A stretch of 64,000 nucleotides of DNA from Bacillota bacterium (GCA_050952625.1 JBMNLH010000001.1:864001-928000), one strand, 5' to 3'; positions 1 to 11,378 are shown, counted from the first letter of the stretch. A program made the numbers and translations. Notes: a model not told the origin generated them from the sequence alone.

Positions 1-2
1 CA

Positions 3-3000
3 GAGATATTAGTTAAAGATAACCGAGGAGGAACGTCTAATAAGGAGATCGGGCGGGTACTAAAGTCAGAACAATCGGGGAAATCGGGGATAACAGACAA
101 GGTTTGGTTTGGGCGGGAGATTAAATCAGAGGCAGTGCCGATTAAACATTTAATTGAAGAAGAAAAGTCGATTACTGTTCAGGGCCGAATATTTGATTTA
201 TCAATTCGTGAATTAAGAAGTGGTCGGACCTTAGTGGTTTTTAATATTACAGATAATACCGATTCGATTACGGTCAAGATTTTTCTAGAAAGTAAGGACA
301 AAGCTCGAGTGCTGGAGTATTTACGGGAAGATGCCTGGATATTAGTCCGAGGATCGGCACAGGTTGATCGTTTTTCTCAGGAACTTACCCTGATGGCGCA
401 AGATATAAATGGCGCAAAGGCTCCAGAACGAAAAGATCTAGCCGAAGAAAAGCGAGTGGAACTACACTTGCACACGAAGATGAGTTCAATGGATGGACTG
501 GTCAATATTAAAGATTTAATGAAGCAACTCGCTAAATGGGGGCATTCGGCTGTGGCCATTACTGATCATGGAGTTGTTCAGGCTTTCCCCGATGCTCATG
601 AAGTGGCGGCGAAGTATGGGATTAAAGTGATTTTTGGAGTTGAGGGTTATCTTACTGAAGAAATAAAACCTAAAGCGGGGAAGAATAAAAATCGTTCGCG
701 TTCTTATCACATAATTATTCTGGCCAAGAATCAGACTGGGCTACAAAACTTATATCGTTTAGTTAGTTTATCGCACCTGGAGAATTTTTACCGGCATCCG
801 CGTCTAGCCAGGGAGAAAATTCAGCAGTATAGGGATGGATTGATCCTGGGCACCGCTTGTGAAGCTGGTGAATTAATTCAGGCATATTTAAGGGGAGAAC
901 CTCGGGCAATTCTTGAAGAGATAGCCTCATTTTATGATTTTATTGAGATTCAACCGACCGGCAATAATGAGTTTCTTATCCGAAATGGTCAGATACCAAG
1001 CTTAGACGGTCTGCAAGACATGAATCGCAGCTTATTGGCGATCGGCGAAAAATTAGGGAAACCAGTGGTGGCAACGGGTGACGTTCATTTTTTAAACCCG
1101 GAAGATGAGTGTTACCGAAGAATACTTCAGGCGGGAAAAGGCTTTGAAGATGCAGAACTACAGGCACCCCTTTATTTACGAACTACCGAAGAAATGCTGG
1201 AGGAGTTTAGTTACCTGGGACAAGAAAAAGCTTATCAGGTCGTGATCGAAAACCCACAATTTATTGCTGCTTCGATTGAAGAACTACAGCCAGTCCCCGA
1301 AGATCTGCACGCCCCAAAAATTGAAGGGGCAGAGGAACAGATTACTGAAATGACTTATCAGCGAGCCAAGGAACTATACGGCGATCCCTTGCCCTCACTG
1401 GTTCAGGCTAGAGTAGAAAAAGAGTTAAATTCAATTATTAGTAATGGCTTTGCTGTCTTATACTTAATTGCTCATAAATTGGTCCGTAAATCCAATGAAG
1501 ATGGTTACCTGGTTGGATCTCGGGGATCGGTCGGTTCTTCTCTGGTGGCTACCTTGACTGGGATTACCGAAGTGAATCCGTTGCCACCGCACTATCGGTG
1601 CGGGCATTGCCGATACAGTGAATTTATAGTAGACGGCACGGCCGGGTGCGGTGCGGACCTGCCGGATCGTCAATGTCCAAGGTGTAAGACTATGTTAACG
1701 AAAGATGGTCATGAGATTCCTTTTGAAACTTTTCTTGGTTTTAAGGGAGATAAGGTACCGGATATTGATCTTAATTTCTCCGGTGAGTATCAAAGTCGGG
1801 CCCATCGCTATGTTGAGGAATTGTTTGGCAAGGATCATGTTTATCGGGCTGGAACTATTGCCACAATCGCGGATCGGACTGCTTATGGTTTTGTAAAAAA
1901 ATACCTGGACGAACACCAGATGCGGTCCCGCGAGGCCGAAATAATGCGATTAGTCAAAGGATGTACTGGGGTGAAAAGAACTACCGGCCAGCACCCGGGA
2001 GGTTTGATGGTTGTTCCCACGGGTAATGATGTGCATCAGTTTACCCCGGTTCAGCGACCAGCTGACGATACGGAATCAGAAGTTATTACGACCCATTTCG
2101 ATTACGAGGCGATCAGTAGTCGATTAGTTAAACTAGATATCTTGGGTCATGATGATCCGACAGTAATCAGGATGCTTCAGGATTTAACCGGTATTGATCC
2201 ACGCGTTGTCAAATTAGATGAACCAAGAACGATGCAACTTTTTTCCGGAGTAGAATCTCTGGGGGTTACTGCGGAACAAATCAGGTCTACCGTAGGCACT
2301 TACGGCGTCCCGGAATTTGGAACAAGATTTGTTCGGCAGATGCTAGAGGACACCCGTCCGAAAACGTTTTCGGATCTAGTGCGGATCAGCGGTTTTTCTC
2401 ACGGCACAGATGTTTGGCTGAATAATGCCCAGGATTTGATAAAAAATGGTCGTGTTAAACTGGGGGAAGCCATTTCAACCCGGGATGATATTATGACCTA
2501 CTTAATTCAGCGGGGAATGGAACCTTCTTTGGCTTTTAAGATTATGGAGGATGTTCGAAAAGGTAAAGGAGTTAAACCTGATTTTGAGGAACAAATGAAG
2601 GCCAACGGAATTCCTGATTGGTACATTGACTCTTGCAAGAAAATAAAATACATGTTTCCTAAGGCCCACGCTGTCGCTTATGTAATGATGGCGTATCGAA
2701 TTGCCTATTTCAAAGTCTATTATCCCGAGGCTTTTTATGCTAGCTTCTATACGGTCCGGGCTGATGAATTTGACGCCCAGTTAATTGTTGGTGGCAGTCA
2801 AAAAGTCCGCGCCAAAATTGAGGAGTTGGACCAAAAAGGAAACGATGCTACGGCCAAGGAGAAAAACTTGTTGACAATACTTGAGGTCGCTCTGGAGATG
2901 TATGAAAGAGGAATCGAACTGCTCAAAGTAGACTTAGCCAAATCCGATGCCCAACGGTTTCTGATTACTCCCCAAGGGCTATTGCCGCCGTTGGTTGCTT

Positions 3001-3182
3001 TACAGGGAGTAGGTTTATCGGCGGCTGCAAGTATCGTTGAGGCTCGTAAGCAACGCTTTTTTACCTCGATAGAGGATCTGCGCAACCGGGCCCGGCTGGG
3101 CAAGAATATTATTGATGTTCTCTCGGAACATGGCTGTTTGGATCGATTGCCTGAATCAGATCAGCTTAGTTTGTTTGATTGA
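3..3182 (+). CDS. polC: DNA polymerase III PolC-type alpha subunit (5'-truncated by window; lacks exonuclease insert)
   Basis: Frame is open from the window start. OB fold, PHP motif RVELHLHTKMS, GSRGSVGSS, Zn-finger cysteines, PDIDLNFSG and YMFPKAHAVAY are present. Confidence 0.97.
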   Translation, partial: EILVKDNRGGTSNKEIGRVLKSEQSGKSGITDKVWFGREIKSEAVPIKHLIEEEKSITVQGRIFDLSIRELRSGRTLVVFNITDNTDSITVKIFLESKDKARVLEYLREDAWILVRGSAQVDRFSQELTLMAQDINGAKAPERKDLAEEKRVELHLHTKMSSMDGLVNIKDLMKQLAKWGHSAVAITDHGVVQAFPDAHEVAAKYGIKVIFGVEGYLTEEIKPKAGKNKNRSRSYHIIILAKNQTGLQNLYRLVSLSHLENFYRHPRLAREKIQQYRDGLILGTACEAGELIQAYLRGEPRAILEEIASFYDFIEIQPTGNNEFLIRNGQIPSLDGLQDMNRSLLAIGEKLGKPVVATGDVHFLNPEDECYRRILQAGKGFEDAELQAPLYLRTTEEMLEEFSYLGQEKAYQVVIENPQFIAASIEELQPVPEDLHAPKIEGAEEQITEMTYQRAKELYGDPLPSLVQARVEKELNSIISNGFAVLYLIAHKLVRKSNEDGYLVGSRGSVGSSLVATLTGITEVNPLPPHYRCGHCRYSEFIVDGTAGCGADLPDRQCPRCKTMLTKDGHEIPFETFLGFKGDKVPDIDLNFSGEYQSRAHRYVEELFGKDHVYRAGTIATIADRTAYGFVKKYLDEHQMRSREAEIMRLVKGCTGVKRTTGQHPGGLMVVPTGNDVHQFTPVQRPADDTESEVITTHFDYEAISSRLVKLDILGHDDPTVIRMLQDLTGIDPRVVKLDEPRTMQLFSGVESLGVTAEQIRSTVGTYGVPEFGTRFVRQMLEDTRPKTFSDLVRISGFSHGTDVWLNNAQDLIKNGRVKLGEAISTRDDIMTYLIQRGMEPSLAFKIMEDVRKGKGVKPDFEEQMKANGIPDWYIDSCKKIKYMFPKAHAVAYVMMAYRIAYFKVYYPEAFYASFYTVRADEFDAQLIVGGSQKVRAKIEELDQKGNDATAKEKNLLTILEVALEMYERGIELLKVDLAKSDAQRFLITPQGLLPPLVALQGVGLSAAASIVEARKQRFFTSIEDLRNRARLGKNIIDVLSEHGCLDRLPESDQLSLFD

Positions 3183-3253
3183 GTCCTAGTTATTGACAAT
3201 ATAGAGACAAGTAGAGATACGTTAACCGTCCCAATACGAAAATGACTAGTTTA

Positions 3254-3368
3254 TCTGAATCAAAAGACTCCCTCTTCTATAAGTGGGGATACTTTGATTA
3301 ACATTTCAGATTGAGCCGAGTCTCCATCTGGAAGCCTCAGTGTTCTGCGAAGCTGAACCCAGTTTACT
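3254..3368 (+). repeat. Dispersed ~110-bp palindromic repeat, copy 1 (MITE-like, resembles IS200/IS605 ends)
   Basis: TCTGAATCAAAAGACTCCCTCTTCTATAAGTGGGG...GAAGCCTCAGTGTTCTGCGAAGCTGAACCCAGTTTACT aligns by eye with copies at 21434, 23009 and 41787 (reverse). Confidence 0.85.
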
Positions 3369-3430
3369 GTCCCGGCTATGAATACAATCTGTCCCCGTGT
3401 GCCATTAGCCGCCTTAATTTAAGCTAGCTC

Positions 3431-3459
3431 TTGTCAACCTAAAACAGCTATGTTATAAT
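3431..3459 (+). promoter_or_regulatory. SigA-type promoter of the rimP-nusA-infB operon
   Basis: TTGTCA-N17-TATAAT with TG extension. Confidence 0.75.
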
Positions 3460-3503
3460 AACCCTGTCATTGATTAAGATTTGCGGATAGTACAGGAGGA
3501 GGT

Positions 3504-3533
3504 AAAGAGTGGGTAAAAGCCCACTCTTTGTTT
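3504..3533 (+). promoter_or_regulatory. rimP leader hairpin / attenuator-like terminator
   Basis: AAAGAGTGGG-taaaag-CCCACTCTTT followed by GTTT; this hairpin is typical upstream of rimP in Firmicutes. Confidence 0.7.
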
Positions 3534-3637
3534 ATGAATTCTGTTTGCCATAATGAGCCGCGTTTAAAAACGAAGCAGGAGGTGACCGGCGCATAATACT
3601 CTCTCAGCATAGGGGGGTACCCGGCGCCAAGTATTTA

Positions 3638-4186
3638 ATGAAGCAACGCTCAAAAGGGTCCCATAAATCGCATTCTCAAAAACAAGAGGCCAAGAGGGGG
3701 CTATTTTTTGGCGGAGCAGGAGGATCAAAGGATAGAATTGAAACTATAGTGACTCAAATGGTTGAGCCATTGGTTGAAGCAATGGGTTTGGAACTGGTTG
3801 AGGTCAATTATCTTAAAGAAGGTCCAAACTGGTACTTGCGCATTTTTATAGACAGACCGGAAGGTATTGACCTAGACATTTGTCAGGCTCTGAGCAATAA
3901 GATAGAGCCGGTCCTGGATGAAGCCGACTTAATCAGCCAGGCATATTATCTTGAAGTAAGCAGCCCTGGATTGGAACGTCCGCTGAAAAAAGAAGCGGAC
4001 TTTCAGCGTTATCAGGGAAATAAAATTCGGGTTACGACATATGCGGCGGTAGAGGGAAAGAAAGTCATGGAAGGTACCTTAAAGGGTTTATCGAATGGAC
4101 AAATCATGTTGGAATGGGAAGACAGAATCATTTCTGTACCTCTGAATATGATTGCGTCTGCCCGTCTAGCAGTAGATTTCGATTAA
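3638..4186 (+). CDS. rimP: Ribosome maturation factor RimP (start uncertain)
   Basis: LRIFID and YYLEVSSPGLERPL motifs; located upstream of nusA. Confidence 0.95.
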   Translation: MKQRSKGSHKSHSQKQEAKRGLFFGGAGGSKDRIETIVTQMVEPLVEAMGLELVEVNYLKEGPNWYLRIFIDRPEGIDLDICQALSNKIEPVLDEADLISQAYYLEVSSPGLERPLKKEADFQRYQGNKIRVTTYAAVEGKKVMEGTLKGLSNGQIMLEWEDRIISVPLNMIASARLAVDFD

Positions 4187-4236
4187 CCATGGTCAGATGA
4201 GTCAATTTAAAACAGAATAAGGAGGACTACCTGCCA

Positions 4237-5337
4237 ATGAATCAGGAGTTTTTCCAGGCACTTCGTGATCTAGAAAAAGAGAAAGGAATCGGAGCGGAGA
4301 TCATATTAGAAGTTATAGAGGGGGCCTTGGTTTCAGCTTACCGTAAAAATTTCGGTTCGCTCCAAAATGTTCGAGTCGAAATTGATCCGGATTCTGGAAA
4401 AGTTAGAGTACTAGCTCGGAAACTTGTCGTTGATGAGGTTAAAGATTCCCGAGCCGAGATTTCTATCACGGAGGCTCAAAGACTTGACCCTCGGTATGAA
4501 CTCGAAGACGTGGTGGAAATTGAGGTAACTCCCAGAGATTTTGGCCGGATTGCTGCCCAAACCGCTAAACAAGTAGTCGTCCAACGGTTGCGTGAGGCGG
4601 AACGGGGAATGATCTTTGAGGAGTTTGCCAATCGAGAAGGGGATATTGTGACCGGTTTAGTCCAGCGTCAGGAACAGAGAAATATTCTGATTGACTTGGG
4701 TAAGACTGAAGCAATTCTTACTCCTTCGGAACAAATGCCGGGTGAAGAGTACCGGACAGGTGAACGAATAAAGATTTACATCGTCGAAGTAAAAAAGACG
4801 ACTAAAGGGCCCCAGATTTTAGTGTCCCGGACTCACCCAGGGTTACTAAAACGGTTATTCGAATTAGAAGTGCCGGAAATTTTTGAAGGTGTAGTCGAAC
4901 TAAAAAATGTCGCCCGGGAGGCCGGAGCCCGTTCCAAGATCGCGGTCCATTCCCGGGATGAGAATGTGGACCCGGTTGGGGCATGTGTTGGACCTAAAGG
5001 AATGCGGGTTCAGGCAATTGTCAATGAGCTGCGGGGAGAAAAAATTGATATTATAAAATGGAATTCAGACCCGACAAGATTTGTGGCAAATGCTTTGAGT
5101 CCGGCTAAGGTACTAACGGTAGAGATTCAGGAAAAAGATAAGATTGCTCGGGTCATTGTTCCGGATTATCAGCTGTCGCTAGCGATTGGTAAAGAGGGTC
5201 AAAATGCACGACTGGCGGCTAAATTAACTGGTTGGAAGATCGATATAAAGAGCGAATCACAAGCCGGTTATTACCTGGAAGAAGACTTTCTAGAAGAAGC
5301 GCATAATACGGAAAGTGATAATGATTACCAAGAATAG
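4237..5337 (+). CDS. nusA: Transcription factor NusA
   Basis: FGRIAAQTAKQV, S1 and KH domains, LAIGKEGQNARLAAKLTGW. Confidence 0.98.
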   Translation: MNQEFFQALRDLEKEKGIGAEIILEVIEGALVSAYRKNFGSLQNVRVEIDPDSGKVRVLARKLVVDEVKDSRAEISITEAQRLDPRYELEDVVEIEVTPRDFGRIAAQTAKQVVVQRLREAERGMIFEEFANREGDIVTGLVQRQEQRNILIDLGKTEAILTPSEQMPGEEYRTGERIKIYIVEVKKTTKGPQILVSRTHPGLLKRLFELEVPEIFEGVVELKNVAREAGARSKIAVHSRDENVDPVGACVGPKGMRVQAIVNELRGEKIDIIKWNSDPTRFVANALSPAKVLTVEIQEKDKIARVIVPDYQLSLAIGKEGQNARLAAKLTGWKIDIKSESQAGYYLEEDFLEEAHNTESDNDYQE

Positions 5338-5340
5338 GGG

Positions 5341-5616
5341 GTGAGCAAGATGGTCCGGGTGAAAAAAATCCCTCAGCGTAAGTGTGTCGGCTGTCAGGAG
5401 ATGAAGAATAAAAAAGATCTTATCCGAGTGGTTCGTACACCTGAGGGAGATATTATTGTTGACCCGACTGGTAAAAAGGCCGGTCGCGGAGCTTATGTTT
5501 GTCTATCATTAGACTGTTTAAACCAAGCCATCAAAGGCAAACATTTGGAAAAAGCACTTGCTCACCCAGTTGGTGCAGAAGTTTTAGAGTTGCTTCATGA
5601 GAAAGTGGTGACTTAA
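5341..5616 (+). CDS. ylxR: YlxR/RnpM (DUF448) RNA-binding protein
   Basis: PQRKCVGC and GRGAYVC motifs; synteny after nusA. Confidence 0.93.
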   Translation: MSKMVRVKKIPQRKCVGCQEMKNKKDLIRVVRTPEGDIIVDPTGKKAGRGAYVCLSLDCLNQAIKGKHLEKALAHPVGAEVLELLHEKVVT

Positions 5617-5622
5617 ATATTT

Positions 5623-5958
5623 ATGAGTTGCCATGCGGCAGAAAAATGGAAATCCTTAATCGGGTTAGGTTTTCGCGCCGGTAAGGTGATAACCGGGACC
5701 GAAGCGGTGTGGTCAGTTCTAAAAAAGAAAAGGGCTTACTTGGTAGTTGTCGCTGAAGATGCATCTGTCCGTACCAAGGCGGAGTTTCTCAGGGCCTGTG
5801 AAGAAATTGGAATTCCTTGTATTGTATTATCCAAAAAAGAAGTTTTAGCAAGTTGTACCGGTCAATCGCCCCGAGCAGTGTTGGCAATAACTGATCAACA
5901 GATGGCCAGAGCCGTTCTCAGGGTAGTTCGACCAGAATTTAGTTCCGCTAATGGTTAG
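5623..5958 (+). CDS. ylxQ: L7Ae/L30e family RNA-binding protein
   Basis: [14 protein letters not shown] and VVAEDAS motifs; synteny before infB. Confidence 0.9.
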   Translation: MSCHAAEKWKSLIGLGFRAGKVITGTEAVWSVLKKKRAYLVVVAEDASVRTKAEFLRACEEIGIPCIVLSKKEVLASCTGQSPRAVLAITDQQMARAVLRVVRPEFSSANG

Positions 5959-5975
5959 ATTGTGGGGGTGATTCG

Positions 5976-8954
5976 ATGGCAAAAATTAGGGTGCATGAGT
6001 TGGCAAAAGAAATGGGACTTAATAGCCGGGACCTAGTAAACCGGCTCCTGGATCTAGGGATACAGGTTAAGAATCATTTCAGCACCCTCGAAGAAACAGA
6101 AGTAGCTAGGATAAAAAGTTATGCCCTGAAGCAAACTCATGTCTTAGAAAAAGCAGAAGCTGTTGTAAAAAAGAATGATCCGGCATTAAGTCAACAAGGG
6201 CTATTGACGACAAACTCTTTGGGCGTTAAAAATGCAGAAAGCGAAAAGAATAATAAACGGCCGGATAACCAAAATACAGCAGCTCAGCCCCAAGATAAGC
6301 GGGGTTTTGAACGTAAACCAGTTTCACGTACGGACGGTTCTAGAAAAACATCGGAACGTCCAGGAGGCCGTGAGCCTGATCGATCTGGAGCACAGCCCAG
6401 TTATCCTTCGGGAACAGACCGGAGGGGGCATAGGCCAGATCAGAGGGCGTTTAAATCCGAAGGTCAGCCAATTAGACCTAGTCAGCTTGATGGACCGAGT
6501 AGAAGTGATGGTCATATCCAAGACTCAGGTCACCGACCGGTCGCTAATACTGGACCCCGGAAAGATCGAGTGCCGGGACCCCGTAACGGTGAGCGGAATT
6601 TTGGGCGTCCAGAACATGGATCAGTTGATCGGAGACCAATTCAGGGGAGACCGTCGAGTGATCGACCCATGAATAGACTCCAAGGCGACCGTCCGCCAAT
6701 AAATAGACCCCAAGGTGATCGTCCGGCAATGAATAGACCCCAAGGGGACCGGCCACCAATGAACAGACCTCAGGGTGACCGATCACTAATGGGTAGACCC
6801 CAGGGTGATCGTCCAGGAGGAAGACCAGGTGATCGTAGTGGCGGAAGACCGGGTGATCGGGCAACCGGCAGACCGGTTGGTCAGGGTGTAGCCGGGTCCA
6901 AACCGATTGTTACATCATCGGCGATATCAGCTAAACCAAGTAGCCGAACGATAGACCGCGACAAGGCTAAAGTACTTGGCGATTCATTACCCGGGCGAGG
7001 GGCTAAAAAATCAATACCATCCAAAAAAACAGATCTGAAAAAAGCTCCGGTACGTCCTTTGACTGGCCGAGATAAGTTTGACGTCCACAGGATTATCGAA
7101 GATGATCACCTTGATTTAGGTCGGGGCCGTAAAAAAACTGGTCGGCATGGTGGCAAAGGGGCAGCTAAGAATAAGGCATCCCAGTCGATAACTGCACCAA
7201 GTTTGCCAAAATTAGTGACGATTGGCAAGGCGGTGACTGTTCAAGACCTAGCTAGTGCGCTAAATAAGACTGCAGCAGAGATAATCAAGCGGTTAATGGC
7301 TATGGGGGTAATGGTTACGGCAACTCAGACGATTGACTTTGATACAGCTGCGTTAGTTTGTAGTGAACTAGGCGTCGATGCTAAACCAGAGATTACTCAG
7401 GAAGAGGCGTTGCTGCGGGATATTGTTGATGACCCAACTGCTCAGGTAGAGAGACCGCCAGTTGTAACAGTCATGGGTCACGTTGACCATGGTAAGACGT
7501 CACTATTAGACGCGATCCGGCGGACCAAAGTCACGGAAAATGAGGCTGGGGGTATTACCCAACATATAGGTGCTTACCAAGTGGAGGTAAATGGGAAAAA
7601 GATATCTTTTATTGACACGCCCGGTCACGAGGCTTTTACCGCGATGAGAGCTAGAGGGGCCCAGGTAACCGATATAGCTATTTTGGTAGTAGCCGCAGAC
7701 GATGGAGTAATGCCGCAAACGATTGAAGCAATAAATCACGCGAAGGCAGCTAATGTCCCAATTATTGTGGCGATTAATAAAATTGATAAACCTACGGCCA
7801 ACCCAGATCGAATAAAACAGCAGTTAACTGAATATGGGTTACTAGCTGAAGACTGGGGTGGAGATACTATCTGTGTACCGGTATCTGCCCATACTCGGGA
7901 AGGTTTGGATACCCTGTTAGAGATGATTTTACTAGTCGCGGAAATGACTGAGTTTAAAGCCAATCCGGATCGAAATGCCAAGGGTACGGTTATTGAGGCT
8001 CAGTTAGATAAGGGACGTGGCCCAGTAGCCACAATGCTTGTGCAGCATGGCACTTTGCGCGTGGGGGACTCCATCTTAGTGGGGCTGACTTATGGCAAGG
8101 TTCGGGCTATGGTAGACCATCGGGGTGAATGGCTGAAAGAAGCAACTCCCTCAACGCCAGTTGAAGTACTCGGTTTAGACGAGGTGCCGATGGCCGGTGA
8201 TATTTTCCAGGTAGTTTCAGAGGAGAAGATTGCTCGTCAGATTACTGAAACCAGGCAGGATCAACGGCGAGAAGAGGAAATGCACAAAATGACCCGGGTT
8301 ACCCTAGACGATCTTTTTAAACAGATTAAAGAGGGTCAAATAAAAGAATTAAATCTGATTATTAAGGGTGATGTCCAGGGGTCAATTGAGGCCTTACGCC
8401 AGTCATTGGAGAAATTGAGTACGGATGAGGTAAGAGTAAACTTGGTGCATACCGGGGTCGGGACCATTACTGAAAGTGATGTTATGCTGGCTTCTGCCTC
8501 TAATGCAATTATTATCGGGTTTAACGTTCGGCCAGATCAGAATACCCGCCGGGCTGCTGAACAAGAACAGGTGGATATTCGGCTTTACCGGGTAATCTAT
8601 GAGGCAGTTGATGATATACGGGCCGCGATGAGCGGATTGCTTGATCCAGATTGGAAAGAAGTTGTCCTTGGACGAGCCGAGGTTCGGGCTACTTTTAAAG
8701 TACCCAAAGTAGGAATAATAGCCGGCAGTTATGTATTAGAAGGAAAAATTCTTAAGGGTGCTGAAGCAAGGGTAATTCGCAATGGGATAGTAGTTCAAGA
8801 TAGCAAAATCGATTCGTTGCGGCGTTTCAAGGACGATGTTAAAGAGGTAGCTCAGGGATATGAGTGCGGCATTGGTCTTGAGAATTTTCATGATCTCAAG
8901 GAAGGCGACGCTATTGAGGCTTATATTATGGAGAAAGTGGAACGTTCTCTTTAG
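5976..8954 (+). CDS. infB: Translation initiation factor IF-2
   Basis: [11 protein letters not shown]-terminus, [21 protein letters not shown]. Confidence 0.99.
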   Translation: MAKIRVHELAKEMGLNSRDLVNRLLDLGIQVKNHFSTLEETEVARIKSYALKQTHVLEKAEAVVKKNDPALSQQGLLTTNSLGVKNAESEKNNKRPDNQNTAAQPQDKRGFERKPVSRTDGSRKTSERPGGREPDRSGAQPSYPSGTDRRGHRPDQRAFKSEGQPIRPSQLDGPSRSDGHIQDSGHRPVANTGPRKDRVPGPRNGERNFGRPEHGSVDRRPIQGRPSSDRPMNRLQGDRPPINRPQGDRPAMNRPQGDRPPMNRPQGDRSLMGRPQGDRPGGRPGDRSGGRPGDRATGRPVGQGVAGSKPIVTSSAISAKPSSRTIDRDKAKVLGDSLPGRGAKKSIPSKKTDLKKAPVRPLTGRDKFDVHRIIEDDHLDLGRGRKKTGRHGGKGAAKNKASQSITAPSLPKLVTIGKAVTVQDLASALNKTAAEIIKRLMAMGVMVTATQTIDFDTAALVCSELGVDAKPEITQEEALLRDIVDDPTAQVERPPVVTVMGHVDHGKTSLLDAIRRTKVTENEAGGITQHIGAYQVEVNGKKISFIDTPGHEAFTAMRARGAQVTDIAILVVAADDGVMPQTIEAINHAKAANVPIIVAINKIDKPTANPDRIKQQLTEYGLLAEDWGGDTICVPVSAHTREGLDTLLEMILLVAEMTEFKANPDRNAKGTVIEAQLDKGRGPVATMLVQHGTLRVGDSILVGLTYGKVRAMVDHRGEWLKEATPSTPVEVLGLDEVPMAGDIFQVVSEEKIARQITETRQDQRREEEMHKMTRVTLDDLFKQIKEGQIKELNLIIKGDVQGSIEALRQSLEKLSTDEVRVNLVHTGVGTITESDVMLASASNAIIIGFNVRPDQNTRRAAEQEQVDIRLYRVIYEAVDDIRAAMSGLLDPDWKEVVLGRAEVRATFKVPKVGIIAGSYVLEGKILKGAEARVIRNGIVVQDSKIDSLRRFKDDVKEVAQGYECGIGLENFHDLKEGDAIEAYIMEKVERSL
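6660..6875 (+). repeat. Coding tandem repeats within infB (30-bp and 24-bp units)
   Basis: About five near-repeats of [10 protein letters not shown] followed by three GRPGDR-like units. Confidence 0.85.
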
Positions 8955-9019
8955 GAATCCTCAGACAATGAATATTACTCTCGGCGTTAGACTTGCGTGA
9001 ATCAGGGGGTGTTGATTTT

Positions 9020-9400
9020 ATGGGATTTCACCGGGCTAATCGGCTGGCTGAAGAAATGAAAAAAGAAGTTTCCCAAATCCTAAGGGAGGAGATCAAGGAT
9101 CCTCGGGTCGGCTTTGTAAGTGTTACCCGGGTAGAGGTATCCTCCGATTTGCGCTATGCCAAAGTATTTATCAGTGTATTGGGCAGTCAGGAGGAACGAC
9201 AAGAGGTAGCGCGGGCCTTAAAAAGGGCTGGCGGTTTTATTCGTTCGGAATTGGCTCGCCGGATTAGATTACGTTTTACCCCAGAATTAACCTTTAAAAT
9301 TGATGACTCAATTGAACACGGGGTGCGGATTGCTAATATTTTGGATCAAGTGAAGAACGACGACTTGAAATCAGGGGGGATGCCGGATGGAGAATCATGA
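9020..9400 (+). CDS. rbfA: Ribosome-binding factor A
   Basis: IKDPR, VSSDLRYAKV and RLRFTPELTF motifs; SD GGGGGTG before ATG 9020. Confidence 0.97.
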   Translation: MGFHRANRLAEEMKKEVSQILREEIKDPRVGFVSVTRVEVSSDLRYAKVFISVLGSQEERQEVARALKRAGGFIRSELARRIRLRFTPELTFKIDDSIEHGVRIANILDQVKNDDLKSGGMPDGES

Positions 9401-10373
9401 GTCTCTAGTTGAGGTTCTCCGTCTTGCTGACCGAATTCTCATTGCGTCTCATGTAAATCCGGATGGTGATAGTATCGGTACCTTGATTGGTTTAGGTCTG
9501 GGGTTAGAGTCTCTGGGTAAAGAAGTGATTTTGGTAAATAGTGACAGAATCCCCTCTATGTATAGTTATTTGGATGGAGCAAGTCGGATACTTCGCCCAG
9601 AGCAAGTAGAAGAAGTGCCGGATACAGTTGTGCTGGTTGATTGTACTGATGTGGAGCGAGTTGGTCCGGGCTTAGCCGAACGGCTGAAAAAGGCGGCAGT
9701 TTTAGTCAATATTGATCATCATTTGAGCAATTCACGTTTTGGTCACTATAACTTAGTAGATGAGGAGGCAGCGGCTACGGCTGAGATTGTTACTAGACTC
9801 TTAGGTCCGTTGAAAATTAAGCTTAATCAATCGATTGCCACTGCCTTATATACCGGGTTAGTGATGGACACCGGTAGTTTTCGTTACTCCAACACGACTG
9901 CCGCTACCCACCGTTTAGCAGCTTATTTTTTGGAACAGGGAGTAAATCTAGATCAAGTTAGAGATAATTTGTTTGAAACTCGCCCCCTAGCCATGCTTCG
10001 CCTAATGGGCGAAGCGCTGCAGACGTTGAAAACTTCACCTGATGGCCGACTGGCTTGGGTGGAGATTACTCAAGAGATGCTTGACCGTACCGGGGCGCGG
10101 GATGAACATTGTGAAGAACTGATTAATTATCCACGTTCTGTGGCCGGCGTAAAAATAGGCATACTTTTTCGAGAGGTTTTCCCTGGAAAAGTAAAGGTGG
10201 GATTTCGTTCGAAGTGTGGTGCCGACGTAAATAAACTGGCGGGTCAGTTTGGCGGTGGCGGACATAGAAGTGCTGCCGGATGCGTAATTAACGAAAGGAT
10301 GCCTGAGGTGGTTAACCGGGTAATCTTGGCGGCGGAGGACCTCTTGAAACAAGATTTAAAGCAAGAGCTGTAA
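9387..10373 (+). CDS. nrnA: DHH-family nanoRNase / pAp phosphatase
   Basis: HVNPDGD, NIDHH, DTGSF and GGGGH motifs. Confidence 0.93.
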   Translation: MENHESLVEVLRLADRILIASHVNPDGDSIGTLIGLGLGLESLGKEVILVNSDRIPSMYSYLDGASRILRPEQVEEVPDTVVLVDCTDVERVGPGLAERLKKAAVLVNIDHHLSNSRFGHYNLVDEEAAATAEIVTRLLGPLKIKLNQSIATALYTGLVMDTGSFRYSNTTAATHRLAAYFLEQGVNLDQVRDNLFETRPLAMLRLMGEALQTLKTSPDGRLAWVEITQEMLDRTGARDEHCEELINYPRSVAGVKIGILFREVFPGKVKVGFRSKCGADVNKLAGQFGGGGHRSAAGCVINERMPEVVNRVILAAEDLLKQDLKQEL

Positions 10374-10415
10374 AACGAATGTTTTATTAATGTATTCCGG
10401 TAGGATTGTGGTAAA

Positions 10416-11348
10416 ATGATAGGATTGATTAACCTTCTAAAACCCCCGGGGCCGACATCGCACGATATGGTAAACTGGCTTCGCCGACTATTGGGAATCC
10501 GTCAAATTGGTCATTTGGGAACCTTAGACCCTGGGGCAGCCGGCGTCTTACCGATTTGTGTTGGGCCAGCGACACGATTAGCAGAATATATGGCTGATTG
10601 GCTTAAAAAATATCGGGTCGAGGTACTGCTCGGAGTAGAAACAGACAGTCAAGATTTTTTCGGTAAGATAATCAATAATAATTTGAATTGTCAATTGACA
10701 GATGATCAAATAGCAAAGGGTCTAGAACAATTGATCGGCCAGCAAGAACAGATCCCGCCGATGTTCTCAGCGGTTAAACAAGGTGGGAAAAGATTATATA
10801 AATTAGCCCGAGAAGGCAAACAAGTGGTTAGAAAACCGCGTTCCATTATAATTCATGACATTCAGATTCAGCGAATTCAATTAACTCAGTATTGTCCTCG
10901 AGTACTATTTGATGTTACCGTATCTAAAGGAACCTATATCCGGACACTTTGCGCTGATTTAGGGGACAAGTTAGGTTGTGGTGGCTGTATGGGCTTTTTG
11001 ATCCGAACAGCATGTGGGCCTTTTACTATTAAAGAGGCCTTGACCACCATGGAGATAGAATCATCTTATAATCAAGGAGATATATCTTTCTTGATTCCTC
11101 CCCAAGTCGGGCTTGCCGATTGGCCAAAGTGGACGATCTGTCCGGAGGCTAAGACATCTTTGATAAACGGGGCTTCTCTGTATCAGAACGACTTTTTGGA
11201 GCCAGGTATTTTGGAAAAATGTTTGGGCACCTTAGGTTGTGTACAATCCCCGGAAGGAAAATTCTTAGCAGTTGGCCAGATCAAAGAAGATTCTTCTGGC
11301 AAGCGATATTGTCATCCGGAGAAGGTTCTGGTTGGTCGAAGCATATAA
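10416..11348 (+). CDS. truB: tRNA pseudouridine(55) synthase
   Basis: GHLGTLDP, QIPPMFSAVK and SKGTYIRTL motifs. Confidence 0.97.
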   Translation: MIGLINLLKPPGPTSHDMVNWLRRLLGIRQIGHLGTLDPGAAGVLPICVGPATRLAEYMADWLKKYRVEVLLGVETDSQDFFGKIINNNLNCQLTDDQIAKGLEQLIGQQEQIPPMFSAVKQGGKRLYKLAREGKQVVRKPRSIIIHDIQIQRIQLTQYCPRVLFDVTVSKGTYIRTLCADLGDKLGCGGCMGFLIRTACGPFTIKEALTTMEIESSYNQGDISFLIPPQVGLADWPKWTICPEAKTSLINGASLYQNDFLEPGILEKCLGTLGCVQSPEGKFLAVGQIKEDSSGKRYCHPEKVLVGRSI

Positions 11349-11378
11349 AAGGTGATAAAAGGTGAGGAGAAGAATCAT

